Below, piece by piece: positions 19,221 to 27,755 of a stretch of DNA of 64,000 nt. The notes below the pieces were generated by a model. It worked only from the letters and a program-made list of their open reading frames with translations, was not told where the DNA came from and did no database searches. The first letter of the stretch is position 1. Every line of letters starts with the position of its first letter. Position numbers and translations under genes: made by a program. The DNA comes from Ardenticatenales bacterium (GTDB lineage: Bacteria > Chloroflexota > Anaerolineae > Epilineales > Epilineaceae), in NCBI GenBank assembly GCA_020853525.1, contig JADYYS010000005.1, positions 55,262 through 119,261 of the forward strand. The letters are read 5' to 3'.

Positions 19221-19991
19221 ATGGATCGAACAGGACCACAGCGAGCGAGCACGCCGGTGACCGCGAACGACACCGCCGATCAGCCCCGCGAATCCCGCGC
19301 CATCGACGCCGCCAAACAGGCGGCCGGCGAGGCGGCTGCGGCGCTCGTCCACAGCGGCATGCGCCTCGGCCTCGGCACGGGCTCGACGGCCGACTGGGCG
19401 ACGCGCGCCGTCGGGCGCCGGCTGGCGACGGGCGAGATCCACGACATCATCGCGGTCCCGACGTCGACGGCCACCGAGCGACTCGCGTCTGCGCTCGGCA
19501 TCCCGTTGGCCACGCTCGCCGTCGTGCCCGAGCTCGATCTGGCCATCGACGGCGCGGACGAGATCGATCCGTCGATTGACCTGATCAAAGGGCTCGGCGC
19601 GGCGCTCCTGCGGGAGAAGATCGTCGCGCGGGCGGCCGCGCGGTTCGTCGTGGTGGCGGACGGGAGCAAGGTGGTCGATCGACTCGGCATGCGGGCCCCA
19701 CTGCCGGTGGCGATCGTCCCGTTCGCGTGGCAGACCCACCTGCGCGCCATCCGCGCCCTCGGCGCCGAACCGGCGCTGCGTCTTCGACCCGACGGGGACG
19801 CCGTCGTCACGGACGACCAGCTCCTGATCCTCGACTGCCGGTTCGCCGCGGGCATCGCCGACGGCGCCGGTGTCGAGCGCGCGCTGCGCGAGCGGCCCGG
19901 CATCGTGGCCACCGGTCTGTTCCTCGGTCTGGCGGATACCGCGTTCATCGCCACGGCCGACGGGGTGACGGTCCGCACGCGAACGCGTTGA
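19221..19991 (+). CDS. rpiA: Ribose-5-phosphate isomerase A
   Basis: GLGTGSTA, DLAIDGADEID, IKGLGAALLREKIV, FVVVADGSK. The track start at 19146 overlaps the alaX start; ATG 19221 is preferred, and a later GTG is possible. Confidence 0.85.
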   Translation: MDRTGPQRASTPVTANDTADQPRESRAIDAAKQAAGEAAAALVHSGMRLGLGTGSTADWATRAVGRRLATGEIHDIIAVPTSTATERLASALGIPLATLAVVPELDLAIDGADEIDPSIDLIKGLGAALLREKIVARAAARFVVVADGSKVVDRLGMRAPLPVAIVPFAWQTHLRAIRALGAEPALRLRPDGDAVVTDDQLLILDCRFAAGIADGAGVERALRERPGIVATGLFLGLADTAFIATADGVTVRTRTR

Positions 19992-21145
19992 CACCGCCGC
20001 TGATCGTGGCGGTCGACGCCAGCCCCGTCCGGCCGGGAACGGGCGGCGTCGGACGGTACGTGGCCGAGCTGATCGCCCACCTGCCCGACCGGGCCGCCGA
20101 CCGCTCCTTGACCGTCTTGCCGCTGACGAATCGACCGGACACCTGGCTCGCCCGGTACGAAGTCGGCCATGACCTGAACGCGCGCGCGCACGTCGCGCCG
20201 CCGCCGCCGGTCGTGATCCGCCGGCCGACCCTTGCCTGGCTGCAGTGGGAAGCCGCCCGGCAGGCACGGCAACCGGGCATCGCGCTCTTTCACGCGACGA
20301 CCGGGCGCGCGCCTCTTCGCTTCGACCGACCGACGGTGCTCACCGTTCACGACACGGCCGTGATCGACGTACCGTCGCTCTTTCCGTACCGCGAACGCTG
20401 GCTGGCCGGCCTGTGGCTGCGCGCATCCGTGCCGCGGGCGGCGGCCATCGTGTGCGTCTCGCGCTCGACCGGCGCGGCGGTCCTCCGGCGCTGGCCGTCC
20501 GTCGCTCCCCGGCTGCGGATCATCCGACCGGGCGCGGGCGGGCGCTGGTTGCAGTCGCCCGCGCCGCTGCCGGTCGAGCTCGCCGGAATCGTCGGTCGGC
20601 GATGGTGGCTGCATGTCGGGGCGTGCACCGTCCGAAAGAACGTCGTTCGGCTCGTCGAGGCGTATGCGCATGTCCATCGCCGGGTCGGCGAGCCGCTGCC
20701 GAACCTGATCCTCGTCGGCCCGGAGGGCGACGCGGACGTCGCCGTGCGTGCGACCGCCGCCGTGCTCGGCGCAGCCGAGCGCGTTCATCTCGTCGGCCCG
20801 GTCGACGACCCCACACTTCACGCGCTGTACGCGGGCGCCGAACTGACGGCCTGCGTGGGGCTGCACGAAGGCTTCGGGCTGACGGCGCTCGAGGCGCTGG
20901 CCGCGGGATGCCCGGTCGTATCGTCCGGCCGCGGCGGGTTGAGCGACGCCGCGCCGTGCGGGGCGCTGGTGGCCGACCCGACGGTGGGCACGGCGCTCGA
21001 AGACGCGCTCGCGGCGCTCGGTACGCATGCGGCGCTGCGCGCGCGGTTGGGTGCGGAAGGGCGCGCGCATGCCGCGAGCGCCACGTGGCGCCATGCGGCG
21101 GCGGCGACGGCGGAGGCATACGCGATGACAGCGGCCGGCCGATGA
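19988..21145 (+). CDS. Glycosyltransferase family 4 (GT-B, 'group 1')
   Basis: IVAVDASPVRPGTGGVGRYV at the N-terminus; C-terminal EGFGLTALEALAAGCPVV motif. TTG 19988 overlaps the rpiA stop (TTGA). The upstream part of the track ORF is inside rpiA. Confidence 0.75.
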   Translation: MTPPLIVAVDASPVRPGTGGVGRYVAELIAHLPDRAADRSLTVLPLTNRPDTWLARYEVGHDLNARAHVAPPPPVVIRRPTLAWLQWEAARQARQPGIALFHATTGRAPLRFDRPTVLTVHDTAVIDVPSLFPYRERWLAGLWLRASVPRAAAIVCVSRSTGAAVLRRWPSVAPRLRIIRPGAGGRWLQSPAPLPVELAGIVGRRWWLHVGACTVRKNVVRLVEAYAHVHRRVGEPLPNLILVGPEGDADVAVRATAAVLGAAERVHLVGPVDDPTLHALYAGAELTACVGLHEGFGLTALEALAAGCPVVSSGRGGLSDAAPCGALVADPTVGTALEDALAALGTHAALRARLGAEGRAHAASATWRHAAAATAEAYAMTAAGR

Positions 21146-21243
21146 GCAGCGGAGCAACCCTTGCGCATCGCCGCCAAACTCCGCACAATGCGTTGTGAGT
21201 CCGTTCGTCCGTTCCGCCGTCGCCGAGAGAGAGCCCAATCCCC

Positions 21244-21948
21244 ATGTCACGAGCCTCAGATGCCCTGCGTCGCTGCTTCCTCACCGCCGGCCTGAGCGAC
21301 TCCGCGCTCGAGACGCTGGCCAACCTGACCCAGCGCCGGCAGATCGCGGCCGGCGCCATCGTCTTCGTCGAGGGCGAGCGGGGAAGCGAGCTGTTCATCG
21401 TCGACTCGGGCGAAGTGCGGATCACGACGACATCTCCGACCGGGCAGGTGTTGACGCTGGCGAGCCTCTACCCGGGGGATTCCTTCGGCGGCTTTGCGTT
21501 GCTGGACGGCGAGCCGCGCAGTGCCACCGCGACGGCGATTGCGGACAGCACGCTGGTCGCACTCCATCGCGACGCCTTCTTGGACACCGTGCACACGAAT
21601 CCCACCGCCTGTGACGCCGTGCTGCACAGCCTCGCGGAGATGGTGAGGTCCATGAACAAGCGCCTGCTGGACGACCAAACCGACCCGCCGGCGCGCGTCG
21701 CCAAGGTCCTCCTGGCCCACGTCGAGCGCCACGGGGTACCCGGCGAACGCAGCGGGGTCATGATCAAGCATCCCCTCAGCATCGACGATATCGCCTCGAT
21801 GGCGGATCTGTTCGCGTCACAGGTCGACAAGGTGCTCGAGAAGTACCAGTACGAGAGCGTCGTTGAGCGGGGGCCCGAGTACTGGACAGTCCTGCGCATG
21901 GATGCGCTGAGCGAGGCGACCAAGAGCCCCATGCATCGCACGGACTGA
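21244..21948 (+). CDS. Crp/Fnr-family transcriptional regulator
   Basis: cNMP-binding domain (GERGSELFIVDSGEVRI...FGGFALLDGEPRSATA) plus a C-terminal HTH region (SIDDIASMADLFASQVDKVL). Confidence 0.85.
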   Translation: MSRASDALRRCFLTAGLSDSALETLANLTQRRQIAAGAIVFVEGERGSELFIVDSGEVRITTTSPTGQVLTLASLYPGDSFGGFALLDGEPRSATATAIADSTLVALHRDAFLDTVHTNPTACDAVLHSLAEMVRSMNKRLLDDQTDPPARVAKVLLAHVERHGVPGERSGVMIKHPLSIDDIASMADLFASQVDKVLEKYQYESVVERGPEYWTVLRMDALSEATKSPMHRTD

Positions 21949-22005
21949 TCGCACGGACGGATCGCACGGATTGATCGGAGCATCGTCCGGATCGACGGGC
22001 GTCCG

Positions 22006-23247
22006 CTACCGGACCCGCACGCGCCATCTGTGGCGGGCCACACGCCACGAGTCGGCGACGTGAAGTGCGTAGGCGAGCGGCCAGCGCGGCGATGAAGCGA
22101 GGCGCGGATACCGATCGGCCAGCGCGCTGCGCGGCGGCCAGCAGATCCAGCGGAGAACCGTGCCGGCTTCGCGTGCGTTGCGCGGCCACATGCGGGGGAT
22201 CTCCAGCAGCGGCCTTCGAGCGGTCGCGGACCCGGCGCGGGAAACCTGGTCGATGTCGACGTCGTCCGCCCAACGCAGCAGCGGCACCCGAACGCTTCGG
22301 GCGAGGACTTCGAGCACCGTGCACGGCACGGGCGCGTCGATCTCGCGGGCGGCCAGGCAAAGCGCCGGCCAGATGAACCGAGCGGCATGCGGCGTCGCCG
22401 CCACGTCGATCACCCGCTGCCACGTTCGATCGGTGGCGCGCGCTGCGACGACGCCGACATCGACGAGGGACAGCAGCCGCAGCCGTCGGCCGAGCGCATC
22501 CACCGTCGCGTGCGCGGCGACGTGGAGCAGCATCATCGCCTCGTCCGGCCAAGGATCGGCCGGCCTCGCGGCAGCCGCTTCCGGCGATGCGAGCAGCGCA
22601 CCGACATCCAGCGTCAGCCCCCGGAACCCCTCCAGGATGCGCGGATGGACCTCGACCGGACGCGGGTTGTCCGGATGTTCGCCGCGCCGGTCGACGACGG
22701 TGGCACCCGGCAGGGCATACGAGGCGTGTTTCCAGCTCGTTGAGGTGCGTCGATAGCCCATTGCGCTCAGCGCGGCGTGCGCCGCGCGGGCATGCGCGGA
22801 CGGCACCCACAGGTCGGTGTCCGCCATCGGCCGCAGCGCCGGGTCCGGATAGGCATGGTCGGCCAGCCATGCGCCCTTGAGCGGCCGCCATGGCACGCCG
22901 GCGGATGCGAGGGCCACGGCCATCCGCCCCCGGTCGGCCGCGAGCACGGCAGATCGCTGTGCCACGCGCCGCGCCGTGTCCGCCAAGCCGTCGGCGACAG
23001 CCGCCGGTGCCAACGGACCGAGTGTCGGCGCGATGAGCGCGGCGACACCCTCGGCCTCGGCCCAACGGACGACTGCCTCGGCTGCCGGATCGTCGTATGC
23101 CGCGAGGGTCCCGGCCACGGCGCGGGCAGCGGCACGCTCGTCCGCCCCGGTGGCCGCAGCCAGCGCCAGCCTCCCGGCGGCGCGCGCGAGGACACGGCGC
23201 TGCGCCCTGCCAAGGCTTGTCGGCGGGGTGAACGGCACGGCCGTCAC
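22006..23247 (-). CDS. Uncharacterised nucleotidyltransferase family protein (NTP_transf_5-like)
   Basis: Core LKGAWLADHAYPDPALRPMADTDLWVP...ALSAMGY resembles the 'uncharacterised nucleotidyltransferase' family. Start is uncertain (GTG 23247, ATG 23367 or track start 23544). Confidence 0.55.
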   Translation of the reverse strand: MTAVPFTPPTSLGRAQRRVLARAAGRLALAAATGADERAAARAVAGTLAAYDDPAAEAVVRWAEAEGVAALIAPTLGPLAPAAVADGLADTARRVAQRSAVLAADRGRMAVALASAGVPWRPLKGAWLADHAYPDPALRPMADTDLWVPSAHARAAHAALSAMGYRRTSTSWKHASYALPGATVVDRRGEHPDNPRPVEVHPRILEGFRGLTLDVGALLASPEAAAARPADPWPDEAMMLLHVAAHATVDALGRRLRLLSLVDVGVVAARATDRTWQRVIDVAATPHAARFIWPALCLAAREIDAPVPCTVLEVLARSVRVPLLRWADDVDIDQVSRAGSATARRPLLEIPRMWPRNAREAGTVLRWICWPPRSALADRYPRLASSPRWPLAYALHVADSWRVARHRWRVRVR

Positions 23248-23480
23248 GGCCGTTTCATCCCGTGGACCGGCTGGAGGACTGCCGGCTCGCGGCGGCTCCG
23301 CTTGGCCGGTTGGACGGACGGCTGCTATGGTAGGTCGTGATTGGGTCCGCCCCGACCCGCCGAGCATCTTGCCGACGGAACGAGAGCAGGGCGAGGGTCG
23401 GCAGTCGAATGCGCCCCGCCGACAGGACGCGGTGGCCGAGTTGCACTGTGCCTCGGACGCCGCTCGGAGGAGCGTGACCC

Positions 23481-25802
23481 GTGCGACGACCTTCTGGGTG
23501 GGTGAGCATCGTTCTTGTCGCGTGCATGCAGCTGTGCTTGGCATGGTCGATCGAGAACGCCGGCTGGGTGCCCGGCCTCACGATCCTGACCCCGGTCGTC
23601 CTCGGCGGCGTGGTCGTCGGCGCCGTGTTGTCGGCGTGGCGCTGGATGCCGGTGCTCGTCGCACACGGCTGGAGCGCCGTCATCGGCACGGCGTGCACAT
23701 TCTACCTGGCCACCGGCCTCGTGTCGGACTATCAGAGCGCCCCGCCCGGCTTTGACGCCCTGCCGTTGACCGACCGCTTGGCGTACGTGCGCAACCTGTA
23801 TCTTGCCTGGCCCAACGTCGCCCGCAGCGGCATGCCGCTCACGAGCGACCAGTCGGACATGATGGCGCTGTTCTTCACGATCACGATGGCGCTGCTGCTG
23901 TGGCTGCTGGCCTATATCTGCACCTGGTTCGCCGAACGCTACATCAGCTGGTCCGGCGCCGTGCTGCCGAGCGGCTTCGCCCTCGTGTTCAGCCTCTATT
24001 CGGCACGGCTCAACGGGTACGCGGCCTATATCGGCTTCTTCATGCTGTGCGCGTTCCTGCTGGCCGCCCGCACGCATATCGCGCTCCGACTCGAGCGCTG
24101 GCAGGCCGAGCGGATTCACCACGGATCCGGGATGGAGTTCGACTTCCTGCGCGACAGCCTCGTCGTCGCCGCCGTGGCGATCGCCGTGGCGTTCGTTCTG
24201 CCCGGGCGCATCCAGAGCGCGCTCCTTCGCGACCTGCCGGCGACGTGGTCGGCCATGTCCGAACGCACGCGCAAGCTGTCCGGCCGGTACTTTCCGAACC
24301 TGAACTACCCGCTCCGCGGCGAGGGCAACAGTTTCGGCAATGCCATGCCGCTCACCGGCAGCATCGAGCTCGGCAGCCAGCCGGTGTTCGACGTCGAGCT
24401 GGAGGGCCAGAACGGTGTCCCGGCGCGCTACTTCCGCATGGCGGTCTTCGACACCTGGGACGGGCAGGGTTGGCGACGGACACCCGACAACCAGCGCACG
24501 GCGACTGCACTGGAACCGGTCGGCGACACGTGGGCGGCATCCCGTGCGGTGACGCAGACGGTACGCACGCTCAAGCCGGGGGTTACGCAGCTGTACGCGC
24601 TGGCCGCCCCGGACCGGTTCGATATCCCGACCACGCTCGAGGTCGCCGGCAGCGGTCGGGACGTGCTGGCAATCGAGAGCGGGACCGCCCTGCCGCAGGG
24701 AGGTCAGTACTCCGTCTGGTCGAACCTCAGCGCGGCGAGCAAGTCGGAGCTTCAGGGTGCAGAGCGCGCCGGCGATCCGGAGTGGGTGACGGCGCGCTAC
24801 CTGCAGTTGCCGGAGTCCGTGCCCCAGCGCGTGCGCGATCTGGCGGTCACGATCGCCGGCGAACAGCCGACGCGCTGGGATAAGGCACAGGCCATCGAGG
24901 CATACCTGCGCCGATCCATGCGCTACACGGAGACGATCCCCGACCCGCCGCGCGGCCGGGACAAGGCGGACTGGTTCCTGTTCGACATCCAGCAGGGATA
25001 CTGTGACTACTACAGCACGTCGTTCGTCGTGCTGGCGCGCAGTCTCGGCATCCCGGCCCGGCTCGCCGCCGGCTACGCCGGAGGCGAGCAGCTGGGCAGC
25101 GGCTCCGTCCGCCGCCTGCACGACTTCGACGCCCATACCTGGCCCGAGGTCTTCTTCGCCGACTACGGCTGGATCGAGTTCGAGCCGACGGCCAACGAGC
25201 AGGCACTCGACCGCCCGGCAACGGCCGACGATGCCCGCGACCTTGCGTCACAGTCGCCGCCGGCGTCCGGCGATTCGGCGCGGCCGCCGGAGGACCTGTT
25301 GCCCGAGGAAGACCAGCGGCCGCCGGCGGCCGAGCAGTCGCCCGCGCGCAGCCAGTCCGCTGCCCTCGCCGCGAAGGGCTTCGGCAGATGGTGGCCGCTG
25401 CTGGCCGTGATCGCCGTCGCCGCCGGGGGCGTGGCCGGCGGCCGATGGTGGTGGCGGCGCCCGCTGGCCGGGATGAGCGCCGCCGAGCGCAGCTACGGGC
25501 GGGTCGTGAGGGTTGCCCGCTGGATCGGCGTCGGGCCGACGCGCGCCGAGACCCCGAGCGAATACAGCCGACGCTTGACCCGGAAGATTCCCGAGGCGGA
25601 CGAGGAAATCTCCACGATCACACAGGCCTACGTGGCCGAGCGATTCGGCCGCCAGCCATCCGACGGACTGTCGGATCGGCTCGAGGCAGCCTGGCAACGG
25701 GTGCGGCGCATCGGACCGTCGACCGCCGTCCGGACCGTTCGAGAGCGGTGGATCGCGCGCCGCAACCAGCGGTCCGCCGGCGATCCGGACGGTACGACCT
25801 AG
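23481..25802 (+). CDS. TgpA-like membrane transglutaminase (N-terminal TM domain + transglutaminase core + DUF4129-like C-terminus)
   Basis: GTG 23481 is 8 nt after GGAGGAG. Multiple TM helices. Cys-His-Asp core region QQGYCDYYSTSFVVLARSLGIPARLAAGY...HDFDAHTWPEVFFADYGWIEFEPT. A late TM helix plus ETPSEYSRRL region. Confidence 0.85.
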   Translation: MRRPSGWVSIVLVACMQLCLAWSIENAGWVPGLTILTPVVLGGVVVGAVLSAWRWMPVLVAHGWSAVIGTACTFYLATGLVSDYQSAPPGFDALPLTDRLAYVRNLYLAWPNVARSGMPLTSDQSDMMALFFTITMALLLWLLAYICTWFAERYISWSGAVLPSGFALVFSLYSARLNGYAAYIGFFMLCAFLLAARTHIALRLERWQAERIHHGSGMEFDFLRDSLVVAAVAIAVAFVLPGRIQSALLRDLPATWSAMSERTRKLSGRYFPNLNYPLRGEGNSFGNAMPLTGSIELGSQPVFDVELEGQNGVPARYFRMAVFDTWDGQGWRRTPDNQRTATALEPVGDTWAASRAVTQTVRTLKPGVTQLYALAAPDRFDIPTTLEVAGSGRDVLAIESGTALPQGGQYSVWSNLSAASKSELQGAERAGDPEWVTARYLQLPESVPQRVRDLAVTIAGEQPTRWDKAQAIEAYLRRSMRYTETIPDPPRGRDKADWFLFDIQQGYCDYYSTSFVVLARSLGIPARLAAGYAGGEQLGSGSVRRLHDFDAHTWPEVFFADYGWIEFEPTANEQALDRPATADDARDLASQSPPASGDSARPPEDLLPEEDQRPPAAEQSPARSQSAALAAKGFGRWWPLLAVIAVAAGGVAGGRWWWRRPLAGMSAAERSYGRVVRVARWIGVGPTRAETPSEYSRRLTRKIPEADEEISTITQAYVAERFGRQPSDGLSDRLEAAWQRVRRIGPSTAVRTVRERWIARRNQRSAGDPDGTT

Positions 25803-25878
25803 TACAGCACCACTGTAGATTCTTGGGACTCCCCAATCTGGTCGCCGCCCAAGGCATGTTCAGTGGTGGTGTACTAGC
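25800..25878 (+). repeat. Copy A of a ~79-nt hairpin repeat element (MITE-like or structured RNA)
   Basis: tagtacagcaccactg-N45-cagtggtggtgtactag, identical to 43028-43106. 16-nt inverted termini. Its first three bases are the TAG stop of the TgpA-like gene. Confidence 0.85.
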
Positions 25879-25906
25879 ATCGGGCGGCGACAACGCGGCC
25901 CGCGTC

Positions 25907-25934
25907 TTGCTTAGGCGACCTCGTCGGATATACT
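25907..25934 (+). promoter_or_regulatory. Sigma-70-like promoter candidate for the PPIase gene (TTGCTT-16 nt-TATACT)
   Basis: -35 at 25907-25912 and -10 at 25929-25934. GGAG at 25955-25958 precedes ATG 25966. Confidence 0.4.
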
Positions 25935-25965
25935 GCGGCGTCCCACCCACCCACCGGAGCAAGAG

Positions 25966-27069
25966 ATGAAAGTGAAACACGCGCTGCGGCGCGATGGTTG
26001 GATCGTGCCCTCCTGTGCCGTCCTTCTCCTCGGCCTCGTCGCCGGCTGCCGGCCGAGCGGAGGGGCGGACGACGGCAATCCGACCGCGCGCGAGAACGCG
26101 TCGGGTCGCGCCGACGTCGGGGCCGATGCCGCGTCGGATGACGCGTCGGCGCCGTCCGACAACGGCAAAGCCATCGTCGGCGCCGGCGACGACACGGGCG
26201 CGGCGGACGGCAGCGCGCCCGCCGATGCGTCGATGGCCACCGAGCTTGCCGCCTCCGTGAACGGCCAGCCGATCCCGCTCCAGGACTTCCAAACCCAGGC
26301 CCTCGACACGCAACGATATTATGTCGACAAAGGTCTCGACCCCAACACCGACGCCGGTCAGCGCCAGCTGCTGGCGCTGCGCCGTGACGTGTTGAGCGAG
26401 ATCATCGACCAAGCGCTGATCGAACAGGAGTCGGCCCGGCGTGGGATCACGGCGACGAACCAGGAGGTCGAGGTCAGCCTCGCGGCGTACCGACAGCAGG
26501 CCGGCGGGACGGCCGACTTCGATGCGGCGCGGGCGGCCACAGGCGTCTCGGAGGCCGATGTCTTTGCGATGGAGCGCCAGGCGATCGTCGGCCGCAAGTT
26601 CGTCGAGGAGATCAGCCGCGACGTGCCGTCGACCGCCCTGTTCGTCCACGCCCGACACATCCTGTGTGCCGCCGAAGCGGACTGCACGGCGGCATTGGCC
26701 AGGCTCGACGCGGGCGAGGCGTTCGAGACGGTCGCGGCGGACACGTCCAAGGACGAGGTCTCGGCGAGCGGCGGCGGCGACCTCGGCTGGGTGCCGATCA
26801 TCGAGGGCTTCAGCAACCTGCCGAGCGCCGAACTCGAGGCCGTGATCGCCGGCCTGCAGTCCGGCCAGCGCTCGGGTGTCGTGAAGACCGATTTCGGCTT
26901 CCACATCGTCGAGGTGACCGAGACGGACCCGGCGCGAGCCATCGATCCGGAGCTTGCGCTGAAGTTGCGGGAGCAGCGCGTTCAGGACTGGCTGGCTGAG
27001 CAACATCGGACGGCGGACGTCGTGATCTACATCTCCGACCTGAAGGACGCGCTGGATTCCGGCAACTGA
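25966..27069 (+). CDS. Peptidyl-prolyl cis-trans isomerase, parvulin (PpiC/SurA/PrsA-like) lipoprotein
   Basis: Signal plus lipobox LLLGLVAGC; SurA-like N-terminal region; PpiC domain HARHILC...GGGDLGWVP...GVVKTDFGFHIVEV. Confidence 0.8.
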   Translation: MKVKHALRRDGWIVPSCAVLLLGLVAGCRPSGGADDGNPTARENASGRADVGADAASDDASAPSDNGKAIVGAGDDTGAADGSAPADASMATELAASVNGQPIPLQDFQTQALDTQRYYVDKGLDPNTDAGQRQLLALRRDVLSEIIDQALIEQESARRGITATNQEVEVSLAAYRQQAGGTADFDAARAATGVSEADVFAMERQAIVGRKFVEEISRDVPSTALFVHARHILCAAEADCTAALARLDAGEAFETVAADTSKDEVSASGGGDLGWVPIIEGFSNLPSAELEAVIAGLQSGQRSGVVKTDFGFHIVEVTETDPARAIDPELALKLREQRVQDWLAEQHRTADVVIYISDLKDALDSGN

Positions 27070-27083
27070 CGTCGTTTCGGCAC

Positions 27084-27755
27084 ATGGCGGACACCGCCAA
27101 GGAGCACCGCTTGGACATCCGATGGCTCGCTGAGGGTTGCGTGGAGCTGCGCACGGCCGGCGCCGTCGTGCTGATCGACCCGCCGCCGCTGCCGTCGACC
27201 GGCGTCGCGGCGGCGGCCGAACGGGCCGACGTCGTGACGGTGAGCCGGCGGGCCATGGTGCCGGCGGGCGGTCACGCGGCCCGCTGGATCGATGGGCCGG
27301 GCGAGTACGAGAAGGCGGGCGTGTTCGTCATCGGCGTGCGAACGCTGCCCGCGCGGTTGGGTCCGCTGGACGAGCGTCAGGTGAACACGGCCTACGTCTT
27401 CAGCGCGGACGATGTCACGGTGTGCCACCTGGGGGCTACCGACCACGTGCCGTCCGAATCGGAGCTCGATGCCCTCGGCCGGATCGACGTCCTCCTGCTG
27501 CCGATCGGCGGCGCCGGGCGCCTGCCGCCGGCCAAGGCGGCGGAGATCGTCGGCAAGCTCGAGCCGAGCATCGTCATCCCGGTCCATGCTGCGCTGCCTC
27601 TCGACGACCCGCCGGCGGCGGAGCGCGAGGCGCTGGCGCACTTCCTGGCAGCGATGGGCGCCAGCGACGTCGTCACACAGGACAGCTACCGCGTTGCGGT
27701 CGACCGGCTGGCGGATGACACGACCGTCGTGCTGCTCAGGTCGATCCAACCTTGA
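27084..27755 (+). CDS. MBL-fold (beta-lactamase-like, Lactamase_B_3-type) protein, degenerate metal motif
   Basis: The pattern VLIDPP...VCHLGATDHVP...DVLLLPIGG...PSIVIPVH resembles UPF0173/UlaG-like MBL-fold proteins. No canonical HxHxDH was seen. Confidence 0.5.
   Translation: MADTAKEHRLDIRWLAEGCVELRTAGAVVLIDPPPLPSTGVAAAAERADVVTVSRRAMVPAGGHAARWIDGPGEYEKAGVFVIGVRTLPARLGPLDERQVNTAYVFSADDVTVCHLGATDHVPSESELDALGRIDVLLLPIGGAGRLPPAKAAEIVGKLEPSIVIPVHAALPLDDPPAAEREALAHFLAAMGASDVVTQDSYRVAVDRLADDTTVVLLRSIQP

Noticed and set aside
22006-25802. Lasso-peptide/RiPP cluster (nucleotidyltransferase plus transglutaminase-like protein)
   Set aside because: The transglutaminase is a 773-aa TgpA-type membrane protein, not a small B-type peptidase. 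No cyclase, RRE/PqqD-like protein or precursor ORF was seen.
25800-25878. The ~79-nt repeat considered as a tRNA-like gene because of its size
   Set aside because: It folds as a single 16-bp terminal stem with a 45-nt interior. It has no cloverleaf, no T-loop GTTCRA and no D-loop motifs.
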